DNA of 63,241 bases, counting the filler, from Kipferlia bialata (Eukaryota), in NCBI GenBank assembly GCA_003568945.1. It is 7 parts of 7 records of this genome, joined end to end, with 100 filler letters (N's around TTAATTAATTAA, not from the genome) between each part and the next. Parts side by side here need not be neighbours in the genome. Positions count along the whole stretch, not along the records: positions 10,756 to 21,399 come from BDIP01001386.1; positions 21,500 to 32,141 come from BDIP01001387.1; 5 more parts are not named here. One strand, given 5' to 3'. Every line of letters starts with the position of its first letter. Within the stretch, counting starts at the first letter, position 1. The notes below the pieces were generated by a model. That model searched no databases and was not told the origin of the DNA. It was given only the letters and a program-made list of their open reading frames with translations. This document shows, piece by piece, positions 14,188 through 27,400 of this stretch. The position numbers and the translations under genes were made by a program.

Positions 14188-15154
14188 AATATCATATGAT
14201 ACCCACCTCCAGCCACTCCCAGAAGTCCTCTGCGTCCTCTGGGTGCTCTCCGTCTCCATATGTGGATGTGACATAGACCAGGTGGGAGGAGAGAGGGAGG
14301 GTGTCCACATCCACATCAGCCACAGAGGTGACAGAGACGGAGATGGGGATGTCCTGGGGGGTGAGAGATATAATGGAGGGTTGAGAGTACATAGTAATCA
14401 AGGATACATATCAGAGTCTGATATGTTATCGGACAGAGGGAGAAATGGGAGTGTCCTGAGCGGTGAGACGGAGAGGGATATGTATATACTGGCACTGAGA
14501 CTATGTATAGTAGGATACATGAGTGACGCTATATGTAAAACATCCTGTACCTTACTCTTTGCCTCTGACTCTATCCTCTTGGCAACCTCCTTGTAACAAA
14601 CAATGTATATATCTATATAGATGATAGTGTATATATGCTATTCAGTACCTTACTCTTTGCCTCGGACTCTATCCTCTTGGCCACCTCCTTGGAGTTACCG
14701 GTCACAGTGGCGTAGACCACGGTCAGGAGGAGAGAAGAAGACACAGTCTGGGGTGGGGGGGGAAGGATGAGAGAGGGAGGGGGGGGGGGGTAAGGTAGAC
14801 ACAGTCTGGGGTGAACATGAGAGAGAAGCATGCATATAGACAGGGTGTGTGAAAGTCCAGTCACCATATAAGATGAGGGGGGGGGGGATGAAGTGAGAGA
14901 GCTCAGAGAGAGGCAGATCATGCGAGGAAGAGATAGAAGGTAGTGAGTCACTACCAGTGACAAGTTATAAAGTAGAGAGACGCTTGTAAAGGATAAGGAT
15001 GGGATAACGCATCATACACATACAAGTGTAAGGGACACTGTCACTCTGTGTAAGGGTCACACGTGACAGGAATATAGTACCAGTAGTAACACTGCTCTAT
15101 ATAAAAATCGGTGTGGATCTGACACCGATTTGGATACACCATGCCACTTACCAT
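11090..15154 (-). CDS. Diflavin (FMN/FAD/NADPH) oxidoreductase, CPR / CysJ / PNO C-terminal-domain-like, multi-exon, apparently complete
   Basis: Flavodoxin motifs VVYATVTGNSKEVAKRI (14650-14747), VYVTSTYGDGEHPEDAEDFWEWLE (14205-14280) and VFGLGDSSFSMFCESAVQVDERL (13620-13693). FAD motif RLYSIASSP (~12175-12210), then GLCTGYL and LVGLGCGVAPFR. NADPH domain AFSRDQPQKIYVTHRMKED..YCGPSG. Ends RGLMVLEAW* (TGA at 11090-11092). Probable start is a 3-nt exon ATG|gtaagt at 15152-15154. Confidence 0.88.
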
Positions 15155-15418
15155 TGCAATGCTCAGTATCGGTGTGAGATTGTGCTACTTGGGTCAGTTG
15201 GTACAAAGGCGATGTCTGTTCCAGTTCGTTGGAGCCGATGACGCCATCTACCCCTCTTCAATGCGGCATTGCGGGTATCAATTGAAGTAATCAATAGACT
15301 GTGCAACAGGAGCCATCAGTTCGAGATCCGACTCACCGCACCCTTTTTCTCATTGATTCAAGACAAAAACCAAAAATCCAAAGTATACCGAAGGGTGTAG
15401 GTCTATTCTTACACGATG

Positions 15419-16702
15419 TCACTGCAGTGTGACGTAGTTGTCTGGAATGAGCCCCTCCTTCCCCTCTGCGTCTCTGGCCATGTACCACCCGCCCTCCTCG
15501 AATACCTCAATGACAGAGACTGTCTGGCCCTCTACTATCCCAAGCTCATCCTCGCCCTCTGCCTCCCTAGAGTACAGCACAGAGACAGAGAAGGGGACAG
15601 GGGGTAGGGGGGAGTCAGTAGTAGGGACAGGGGCTGTGTTGTGTGTATCATCAGCCCCCTCGAGGGCTATGAATGTACCTGGGACGTAGCATGGCTCTGC
15701 CCCCTCCTGCAGTATGACTAGTGACCACCCCTCTGGGTCATGGGTGACGATGGAGAGGGGCTGACCATGGGTCATGGACACTGCACCATCCTCAGAGGCA
15801 TAGTCAAACACAGCCACACCTGGCACAGTGGGGAGGGGGGCATCCTCCTCTGCACCCTCAATCTCTGCAACATCCCTCTCTCTCTCTCCGTCTGCCTCAG
15901 GCATAGCCTCCACACACAAGGCAGGTCTGGCAGGACCCATGGTGTCAGGTGGCATGTCCAGCCTGTTGGGTCCACTCTCTGCCACTGTGACAGGTACCTG
16001 TGGGGGTGACAGGGTGGGGGGGCCATCAGACAGCGAGGAGGCACGCTGGATCTGTCGCCTGACATGCCTGGGTGAGCAATGGGGGTAAATAGATGTATGT
16101 AGTGTCCAAGGGTTAGAAGTACACGATGAATTCAGATGATGTGTACATACATATGCGTATATATATATATATATATATACCTTGCCATGTCCCTGTACAT
16201 GGGTGGGAAGTACACTATGGATTCAGAGATAGGAAATACACTATTTATGAATAAACCCGATAATACAATCTAGTAGTGTTGTATATATACCTAGCCATGT
16301 CCCTGTCCATGGTGGGAATATCACTCTGTTTCAGATAGAATACACAATAGTCATTACATACACATTATGCTATCATATATCATATATATATTGATGTATT
16401 TCTACCTCGCCATGTCCCTGTCCATGGGTGGGAAGTGCATCATCATCCACTCCTCACTACCCTCAGCCATGCCAGAGGCATTGGAGGCAGAGGTACTGAC
16501 TGTTAAGGGGGGAGATATGCATAGAGAGCGAGGAAGAGAGAGAGAGATGAGTGTGCAGATACATAGTGGGAATGATAATGACCGACACTGAGAGTAGACA
16601 AATGGAAACAGACATAAACATATATACATATATACATACCTGACCATCTCAGAGTCTGCTATGACCTCATCCACTGGAGATATACTAATACACTTATGTA
16701 TA

Positions 16703-16751
<49 letters not shown>

Positions 16752-19700
16752 ATGAATCCCCACCTGACCATCTCGTAGTCTGCTATGACCTCATCCACTG
16801 GGGACAGGCCATCGATGAAGGCCTGGGTCTGGATGGCAGAGGCATACCTAGGGTGAGAGAGACGTGTAAACATGTACTACATCTGCTCACACTAATCCCA
16901 TGTTCCTCCAGCATGACCTAGTGAACAGTATTTACCTACAATACCTACATGCCACACATGTATATGTGAATACCACTCACCTAGATCTGATGTCCTCCTC
17001 CAGACACTTGACGTATGAGGCCACCCTGCTCTGCATGCCTAGGCATCAGGGAGAGAGAGGGGGGAGGGACAGAGAGAGAGGGGGGGAGAGAGACGAATGA
17101 CACAAGCAACTTCGATATCTGACATCTGTTTACCTCTCAAGTGTGCCAACTCTGCCTCCTCCACCTCAGCTGCCAGCTCCCTCCCCTCCCCCTCTGCCAC
17201 TGCACACTTGGTCAGGTAGGCACGGCGCTCAGAGAGGTAGGCGTCCCTGATAGTAAGTATTCTACACTCCACCTAAAAGAAGAGGTTGGTGCAACATGGT
17301 GTTGGAATTAATGATATAAAGGTAGGTAGGTACGGCGCTCAGAGAGGTAGGCGTCCCTGTCAGTGAGAACTGCACATTGTACTCGAGTAATGACGTAGAC
17401 TTGCTACAGTGGGATATCTTAGTGGTATACACATACCTTGCCTTTGTGTGCACTATACTCGAATTAATACGTAATCTTGCTAAGGTGTTGATACTTAGTG
17501 GTATATATATACCTAGCCTTAGTGTAGACTGCAGTCAGCTTCTCCAGAGTGCGTGTGTGTCTGGAGTGGTCGGCACTGGCAGGGGCACCTGGGCCTGGGG
17601 GGTCAGAAGAGATACACACACGAAAGATATACAGGTATCAATCACTGATGAACAAATGAGAAATTGGAATTAGAAGCAAACTAGATCAGACACTGCAGCT
17701 ATCGGCGATAGATCTATAATATCTATAACACACCTAGCTCTGCGATGGTGTCCCCACATGCCACCATCTCAGCCTCGGCAGACTGGGCCTGGGATATGAG
17801 AGTCATACTGCACATTATGATAATAATACACTACAAGCAATCCTTTACACAATGACATGAATACAATTATACCACTGAGTGTAACTAGACAGTTGACGCA
17901 GATATTGATATAGTGCATTGGGTGATACCTTGCCCAGCAGCATTGCCAGCCTCTGTGACCTCTGGGCATGCTTCCTCACAAGTCGGTCGGCCTGGGTGTA
18001 AGGACATAAAACTCGTATCTAACTTATGGAAAGGGTATCAGCTGATACAATTTCCAAGTCTAACAATTATATGTTGAGGTCGGGAGTGCTTTGTACCTTC
18101 TTGGACAGACTGGTACATGCAATAATTATACAATATTATATTGCATAGTCTACATATATATATATATACACAGACGGGGAGTTCTACCTTCTTGGACAGA
18201 CTGGTGCATGCGGCAGTGGCAGAGTCAGCGTCCTAGGGTGAGACATATCAGAAAGTACACATGCAAAGTATATGAGAGAGTAATTCACCAACCTTCTCCC
18301 ACTCTGCTGCCAGTGTGTGCATGCTCCTCCCCTGGTCTGCTGCCACCCTGCCCCTGCCCTCCACCTCAGAGGCGATGCTGTGCCACGTCTTCAGACATAT
18401 TCCCTAGGGTTAAGGTTATCTGTGTATCCATACATATATATATATATGGTATTTGTACTTATCAGAGGCGATGCTGTGTCACGTCTTGAGGCAGATGCCC
18501 TGGGGTCACGGATATATATCTGTATGTATATGCAGTGTATTCACACATCACGTATATATATGCACATTCACATTGGAGGCTATGGTGTGCCACGTCTTGA
18601 GGCAGATGCCCTGGGGTTAAGGGTATCTGTGTATCCATACATATATATATGGTATTTGTACTTATCAGACGCTATGCTGTGCCATGTCTTGAGGCAGATG
18701 CCCTGGGAGTGAGTAAGCATCATTTGGTATACTCATATTGTATATTTGTATATACTATATATGTGTATGCACCAGAGGCTATGCTGTGCCACGTCTTGAG
18801 GCAGATGCCCTAGCAGTTAAGGCTAGGTAACTATACAGAGAACATAGTAAATATCGAAGGGGCTGAAATAGTATGTACCACACCAGCCAGCCAAGAGACC
18901 AATCTACACACACCGCATACCTTCAGTGCTGGCATAGGGGGGCACTCCTTCCTCCCGTTGGCAAAGGCAGTGCCTGGGAGGTCAGGGACTAGCAACTACT
19001 CACATATATTTGACGCAATCAGCATTGAAACAATTTACGTTATAGCAGGTGAATCATGTAAATAAGGTTGCTGAATGTCAGGCAACTTGCACTTGCTGCG
19101 TAAATAGATATACCGTCTTTACCTGCCCCTGCTGCCGCCGTTGCATGTGCCTGTATGGTGTGTGCCATGGATGTCATCTCAGACACACGCTGCTTGTAGA
19201 GGGTACGGACAGAGTCAACACTCCCAATGCCTAGGGTGAGAGAATACATGTAGGTATATATGAATGCAGGTGAATAGGTATTAAGATACACATTTAGTAG
19301 ATGAAATATCCCTGTACCTGGGTCTGCGAGCTGTCTGATACAACATTCTATAACTAGATAAGATATATTTACTAGACACATATTTATCTATCATATATAC
19401 ACTATATATACATATCCCTGTACCTGTGTCTGCCAAGTGTCTGATGCCGTGTTTGGCCATGAGGTCAGGGTACATGGTCACAGTGCCATCCGCCTGGGGG
19501 AAGATACTAATTAGTAAATAGAATAATCCACTTAGAATTCCTCTTTGCATGTAATATATATCCTTTGTGTACCTGTATGATACTGGGAAGACAGGACAGA
19601 AAAGACACGTTCTGCCTGACTAGACACGATGGGTCACACGATCCCCTGTCACCCCTACCCCCCTGGGTGGCAGATGCCATGTCACTAGCCACGGAGTGGG

Positions 19701-20534
19701 TGGAGAGCATGTGACAAGCCAGCGAGTAAGGGTCACCCTCGCACATGACCCTCTCTGCGGCCTCTGCGGCTGCCCTGCCTCTCTTGTCAAGGGAGAGGAG
19801 CTCATCCCGCATCTCAGACAGGGACTGGGGGTGGAAGGGATACTACATACTATATCAAGTGTTGAAGAGAGTTTCCTGAAATTACACTCCTATGAAACTC
19901 AACAAATATGAGTGTATATTCATACCTGCAACTGATGCTGTGGTACTTCCAACATAAGTATACAAATGCATGAGGTCGTCTCTTCTTCTCTCTATATATG
20001 AGTGTATGTATACCTGCAACTGGTTGCTACATGCCACCGAGGCTGTGGTCCGGATGGTCTCCTCCCTCTGGTCCACAATCCTAGGGGGTGAGGATATCGT
20101 GTAGGAAATAGTACTAACCGTGCGACAGGTAGTAAATGAAGAGAGACAGAGACTATCCCACCCTACCTCCTAATCTCTGTGAACCTCTCCTCTATGCTCT
20201 CCATGGTTGATGCGTGGTGTCTCCTGCATGCATCTGTCAGCCTGTCTGTCTCCCCTATCCTCTCCCTCACTAAGGTGCACAGCTGGGTCTGGTCCAGGGT
20301 GGACTGACGATAAGAAACTAGATACTATTTATAGGCGCATTGTATGAACATATATTACGATTTAGTATAGGTGCACAGCTGGGTCTGGTCAAGGGTGGAC
20401 TGCGGGTCAATAATAGTACTAACAGAGGAAATATAGACACATATAAAGTATTAATAATATATACATGTGCAACGCTGGGTCTGGTCCAGGGTGGACTGGA
20501 AGTTAGGATGACTTCATATATATGTGTAGTATAT

Positions 20535-20573
<39 letters not shown>

Positions 20574-21360
20574 TGTATAAATGTGCACAGCTGGGTCTGG
20601 TCGAGGGTGGACTGGGAGTCATGGGTCAAGTATACATACACTACTAGTATAACATGGTATAATAATACAATATAAATGTAATATAAATATAAGCACTGAG
20701 ACACTGTTACACAGGTTGATTGCCATGCTGCTCACCTGTCTGACTATCCGTGATATCCTGTGCTTGGCGTCTGCCAGGGTCTGGATCTCATGGTCCATCC
20801 TGGTCAGCATGTCTGGAGTGAGGATAGTTACATATACATGTTACAAGTTATACAACAACAGCCACGGATTCAATACGATCTGGGTGAGAAGTAATAGTGC
20901 CCCGACAGTATCCTATGATACACTCATACTTGTCATGCATCCCACCTATGCTGCATATGACCCTGTTGTCTGTCCAGTCGAAGAACTCAAGGGCCTTGCC
21001 ATGCTCAGGACACAGGGGGTGGGGCTGGTATAAGTACATATAATAATAGGATACATGATTGATACAGCATATAGAGTGAATGTGTATATACAGAACTTAA
21101 GTGCCTTGCTCGGGACATAGGGGGGGCAGCAGTCAGCATATATACGACCTGAGAACTGCAGCATTGAAGATATAACACAGATATATCCACTCAAACACTC
21201 ACATCTCTCTACATATACGTGACATGATGTAATTGCATAGATAATCATCGCATATAGATACCTCTATAGCAGTGCTGATATCCATACCTTCACACATATA
21301 TATAACATATTATATAACACTGATATACCTCCCCATCTGAGAAGTGTGGCAGGGGTGGGC
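15419..21360 (-). CDS. F-BAR (FCH) and tandem SH3 protein, probably with an N-terminal B-box-like zinc finger and coiled coil; 5' partial
   Basis: The last exon holds two SH3 domains (GVAVFDYAS..EGWSLV..CYVPGTFI; VSVLYSREAEGEDELGIVEGQ..GGWYMAR..KEGLIPDNYVTL*). Exons GIGSVDSVRTLYKQRVSEMTSMAHTI (~19122-19232) and GICLKTWHSIASEVEGRGRVAADQGRSM (~18290-18405) match FCH/F-BAR helices. CPEHGKALEFFDWTDNRVICS (~20945-21025) is B-box-like. Linkage of the B-box exon to the same gene is inferred. Confidence 0.72.
18290..18815 (-). repeat. Array of 5' exon fragments (GICLKTWHSIAS), each with its own branch point and acceptor
   Basis: Plus-strand 'tgtgccacgtcttgaggcagatgccct' variants at ~18475, ~18586, ~18678 and ~18785, plus the full exon at ~18290-18405. 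Confidence 0.9.
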
Positions 21361-21399
21361 TGGACTGTGAAACGAATCCATATATATATATACATATAT

Positions 21400-21499
21400 N
21401 NNNNNNNNNNNNNNNNNNNNNNNNNNNNNNNNNNNNNNNNNNNTTAATTAATTAANNNNNNNNNNNNNNNNNNNNNNNNNNNNNNNNNNNNNNNNNNNN
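21400..21499. other. Artificial contig linker
   Basis: N44-TTAATTAATTAA-N44. Confidence 0.99.
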
Positions 21500-21509
21500 A
21501 ATAAATAAC

Positions 21510-21545
<36 letters not shown>

Positions 21546-21640
21546 TCCAGGGGCTCTCTCTGACACGTGGATATTGAACAGTCTTGTTGTATCTTGTTAG
21601 GGTATGTGTTATATCAGTAAAATTATGTATTTGACCCCAG

Positions 21641-23130
21641 GGGCAGGAAGAGGCGCCATGACAGTGAGGAGGGGGCACCCTCATACCTCAAACAGACACT
21701 CGAGCTGTTCTTGAGAGGTACATACATATTTGTATTTATGGTGTATTATGTATTATTATTACATTCATTCTCACTTCAGGTCCCATGTGGCGTCTCCGTA
21801 TGTGCTCTCTGCTGGAGGTTGTCATGTGGATAGGTACGATGTATTCATATATCCATTAATGTATGTGATGTGTATAGGTATGTAGTCCCTAACGCCAGGC
21901 TCTGCCATCTCCCTTCAGCTAGTGGCAGATGGGGCAAATGTGTATAGGTTTACATATATGTGTATATATACCAGTATACATACATGCTATATACTAACCC
22001 CAGGCTCTGCCATCTCTCTGCAGCTAGTGGCAGATGGTGCCTATGAGAGGATAGTCACATTTGGGGAGGAGGACTTTGCAAGGTATGGATATATGCATTA
22101 ATATGTAAGTGCCTCTCTCTCAGTCTGTCAGTGTATTTATTATTCATAACAAGGTATGTATCTCTCTCTCTAGTCGATCTTCTCTCTAGTCTAACTCCCT
22201 GGGGCTGTGGCCTCCTCCCCTGCCGTACTATTCAGCTTTGCTCTATATCTATGATTTTCACCTCTGTGTCTCTCTCACGTGTCTCTCTCTAGTCTAAATC
22301 CCTTGAGTGGTTGCCTCCATGATCCTCCTTCCCAATAATAACTCTCTCTCCCCTCTAACTATATCTCCCTCATTTTCATTTATTCACTCTTCAGAGTGGT
22401 TGCCTCCATGATCCTCCTACCCCTGTATCATTATGTCTCTACATAATCTCATGTAGTCTCGCTCTCTATTTCTCTAGTCTAACCCTCCAGAGTCGTTGCC
22501 TCCATGATCCTGCTCCCCCTGTGCCTGGGTGGTGCAGCACTCACAAGGAGGATAAAGGCATTCTACAAGGTATGAATATATATGGCATCAGTTACTTGTA
22601 TATTGTATGTATATTGTTTGTATTACGGAGGATAAAGGCATTCTACAAGGTGGGAGAGTAACAATGTTAGTATATCATGTATATATATGTGTGTGTGTGT
22701 ACCTATACTCACAAGGAGGATAAAGGCATTCTACATGGTATGATATGAATATATACTACGATATGAATATGTAAGTACTTTGGATCACATAAATGTATGC
22801 ATGTACATGTATGAGTTTTTTGTGCTAATGCCCATGACACCCAGTCCAACAGGGCCTATGATGATGAAACAACAAGAGTATTGTACATATATTGTATATG
22901 TATATATATTAATGCATATATGTTAATCTCCAGGACTCTCTGTCCAACAGGGCCTATGTGGCACTGTCCTGCCAGTTGATAGACAGGTATGGGAGTGTAT
23001 ATACAGAGTATATACAGTAGACCAATATCATATAGTATAGACAGGTCCGATAGCATTTGTGGCACTGTCCTGCCAGTTGATACACAGGGGAGTATGCTTG
23101 GGCCCACTCCCACTTGACACCCTCTCTGTT

Positions 23131-23166
<36 letters not shown>

Positions 23167-24380
23167 TTCTGTGTAGACATACGATTATCCCATTTGTGTA
23201 TTGTATATTAGGTGTTATATTTACTTACCCTCAGGGTCCAGTCCCACATGACCCCCTCCCTACTGGGTGGTGACACACCCTCAGTCCTGAGACTGCTCTT
23301 CAACGATGTGCAAGTGGTCAAGGTACTCCTGAACTCTTTATGACTGTTTATATGTATATATATTGGAGAAATATGTTTCTGACTGTATGTGCAAGTGGTC
23401 AAGGTAATGGATTAACCTGATTATTATCCACTTGTCTTGGTATTCTATCTCTTATATTTATTTATATATATCCCTCTTCAACGATGTGCAAGTGGTCAAG
23501 GAAATGGATTAACCTGATTATTATCCACTTGTCTTGGTTTTCTTTATCCCTATATGTATTTTTATATATCCCTCTTCAACGATGTGCACGTGGTCAAGGT
23601 ATAGTTGTCCTTATGAATGTGTATACAGTTATATGGATTCATATGGTCAGTGACATGTTTCTCTTATTCATTTGTTCCCTTATGAAAGGAACACTTCCTT
23701 GCCCGTGCCCAAGCCATGTCCGACTGGATAGTACTCATCTTTGGAGCATTCTACATGGCCAGGGTCACTGGCCTGCTCAGCACAAGTCTCTGCATAGGTA
23801 AATACAATACTGATTGTACATATGATTGCTATACACACATATATATATTAATGTACTACTAGTATTTGGGGCATTCTACATGGCCAGGGTCACTGGGTTG
23901 TTGAGTACTAGTATATGCATAGGTATTCACTATTGATTCTCATTATATATGATACTGATGATACTTATACAATCTTCACGTACCTTCCTTTCTAACCCCA
24001 TGTCTGAGTGCACTCCTCCTATCTGTCAACCAGTTGCTGCACCGGTACGGGAAGAGACAGGTATATACTCATTCCCTGGAGTTCTTTACTATTCATTTTC
24101 CTGCTTTAGGTCTATATGTAATCACTTTATCAGCCCTCAGGGCTACTTCTCCATCAAATGTCTTCTATACTACACTATATTGATATGAGTAATATCTAAC
24201 CCCAGCGCTTCATGAAGGGCAAGGCAGAGAAGGCCAGGCAGAGCCTGTTCTCAGAGTCGGTGGAGTCACTCCAGAGTATTAGGTGTGTACAATGAATGGG
24301 TCTCGTATATATTAGTCTATATATATGTATACTTCTCCATACTCATGATACAGATTCTGGAGGATTTACTACCTGTATGA

Positions 24381-24413
<33 letters not shown>

Positions 24414-27400
24414 GGTGGGTGTGGGTGTGGGTGTGATAGTAATAGAAGCTATATGTGAAGTACAACCTGTATTTGTATGTTTAGTTGTAAATATATATAT
24501 ATATACTACTCCCACCCCAGGATGCAGAGTCTGGAGGATGACGTCCTGTCCCAGCTAGGACTGCTGTGGAGGAAGGAGGTACCACTAATGCAACATCTAT
24601 GTGTACTGGAGACCAGGCTCAGTATCAGTATCAGTGTATATCCATATCTGATATTCATCTATGTATTCCTTACCCCAGGGCAAGATTGTTGCCAAGACCA
24701 GACTGCGGGGTGGCATCTTTTCATATATATATACAAATATATATTAATATGCATTATTGTATATATATGACACCAGGGCAAGATTGTTGCCAAGACCAGA
24801 CTGCGGGGTGGCTTTGCCAGAGGGGGTGTCTCTGCCCTCGAGGCCGTCCTGATGCTGGTGTCGGTGTCTGTGTTTGTGTCCGTGTATGGAGACTTCCAGG
24901 CCTGGATCACACCAGGTACACTGGGTGTATTATTGATGGAAGCATAATTTACTCATTATTGAGATAGAGTGGCATATTTTAAAGCTCTGTACAGAATATG
25001 TGTGTGTCCGTGTATGGGGACTTCAAGGCCTGGATCACGCCAGGTACACTAAGTGCAGTATTGATAAGAGTACAGTATAGATATCATATAGAGATATGCT
25101 GGTAGTATATTAGTCCTGTCTCTGTGTCTATTGGGACTTCCAGGCCTGGATCACACCAGGTACCAACACGTCTACATGTATATTCATTAGTATACATTGT
25201 AGCATAACACCATAGTGTCTTGTATTACTCTAGGCTGAGACTGGAATATACATATGTGTATATATTCCTGACACCAGGCGCTGCCGGTGCCCTCTATCTG
25301 ATTGTGTCTGCTGTGAGGAGACCCCTGGCAGCACTGTCGCCAAGGAGACATCTCGCCAAGGTAACATCCCTGCCGATCTCTTTTATCCTGGTTCTCTCTG
25401 GCTCTGCATACTCATATAGTCATATCAGTGACTCACACCAAGGCATACACACAGTCCCTCCAGAGGCTGCAGCTCTTCTTCTCCGTGACTGACTCCCTAC
25501 CCCCTGCCGCTCTATCTGGCCATGCCACTAACCCACCCTCTAGACCCTTAAGGGAGAGAGAGGGGAGGAGAGGGAGAGAGAGAGGCAGGAAGGGTCCCAT
25601 CAGAGTGACTGCTGAGGGTGAAGTTGGGGCTGCCAGCATGGGTGGGGAGATGGGGGCCATAGGGGTATTCCCAGGTTGGTGTTTGTGTATTCCACAGCAC
25701 TAAAAGAACAGTAAAGTGTCGCTCTCTCCCTCTCTCTATAAGTATTTATTGATAATATTCATTGACTCCCAGGTGTTGGTTCCGTGGCTGACAGTATGAG
25801 ACCACAGAGAGAGGAGGATAGTGAGGAGGAGAGAGAGGACAGTGCAATCAGCGAGACAAGCGAGAGCTCAGAGGATATCGGGAGGAGTGGTGCTAAAAAG
25901 GGGACTCTTGCGTTGCGGAGAGGCAGAGAGAGGGAGGCAGAGAGAGAGATTGTGCTCGATATCAGACAGAGCAGGGCAGGGGTGGACCCCACAAACAGGT
26001 ACATTGTTTATAGTCAGCTCTTCTATGTCTCACTCTATGATGTACCATCTTACCATTCTCACCCGAGGAACCCCATTGCGTGTGGGTTTGACCTGACTGT
26101 GCGTAAGGGCGACAGGGTGGGCATAGTGGTGGGGGAGAACACCAAGCTCACACACAGAGAGGTATGGTTGATTGCCACTCATATTGTGCCCTCTCTAGTG
26201 ATATTTCAATTCCAATATATTCGTTATCCTCATACCATGTCATCATGTCTCTGACTCGCTCTGTCTCTCTCTATCTCTCTCTCTCTCTCTCTCCTTGTCC
26301 CTAATATCCTAGGTCATCATATCTCTGACTAGCGAGTACTCCCTCACTCTCTCTCTCTCTCTACCCCCCCCCCCTCCTCTTATTTCTTATGCCAGGTCAT
26401 CATGTCTCTGACAGGCGAATACTCCCTCACTGCTGGACCATCAGGGGGAGGCACGGACTTGGGGGATCCTAGGTATAAATAGGTCTATACATAATGCACT
26501 ATATGTGTTACTACTGTTATCGTTCTTGTAGTTCCTTTTTGTTATGCTCACCTTAGGACCCGAGAGCTGGCCATGAGACAGATATTCAATATTCTATACA
26601 AATCATGTATCTCTCTCTCTCTGTCTACACCCCTATTCTCTCTCTTACCCCAGGACCAGGGAGCTTGCCATGGAGAGAGAGAGGAGCAGAGAGAGAGAGG
26701 GTGGGTGGGAGAGCCAGTGGGCCAGGGGAATGCTCGGATCACCAACAGCATCTGGATCTAGACCCTCTTCACAGGTATATTTACATACTTCTTTATCGCG
26801 TAGGTTTTTGCTACTGTATTCGTCTCACCCCTCAGTACCACCGCGTTACTTCTGAGTCCATGCGTGACTCCTCGGCATCTCACTATGTCGGGAAGAGCAG
26901 TGTGGTGGTGAACCCGGCCAACCCATACATCCTCCCAGGTGATATATATACTATGTATATATAAATGAAGTGGTCCGATTAGTGCCTTGGCACTGATTGC
27001 TAAAAGCCTACAGATTCATCTATATACTAGTTATGTCACTCATCTTCAGGGACTGTCCTTGAGAATGTGTGCATGGGCCCCGCCAGTCTATAGTCATATG
27101 TATATATATATATCTTCATTTTATGCGTATGAATACAAACCCTATATACACATAACCAGTCTTACCAATAGGCACTGTGCTTGAGAACGTGTGCATGGGC
27201 CCTGCCAGTCTGGAGGGCATGGACATTGTGACACAGATCGGGAGGAAGCTGCACCCACACCTACACGTCAGAGACAGGAGGGACATTGCAGGTATATATG
27301 TTCTAGATATCTACATTCTTTGCTAATCATTTCACTTTGTATTATCTGACCCTCAGACTCAGATACACCATTACATGTACATATATCCGTTTATTTCACG

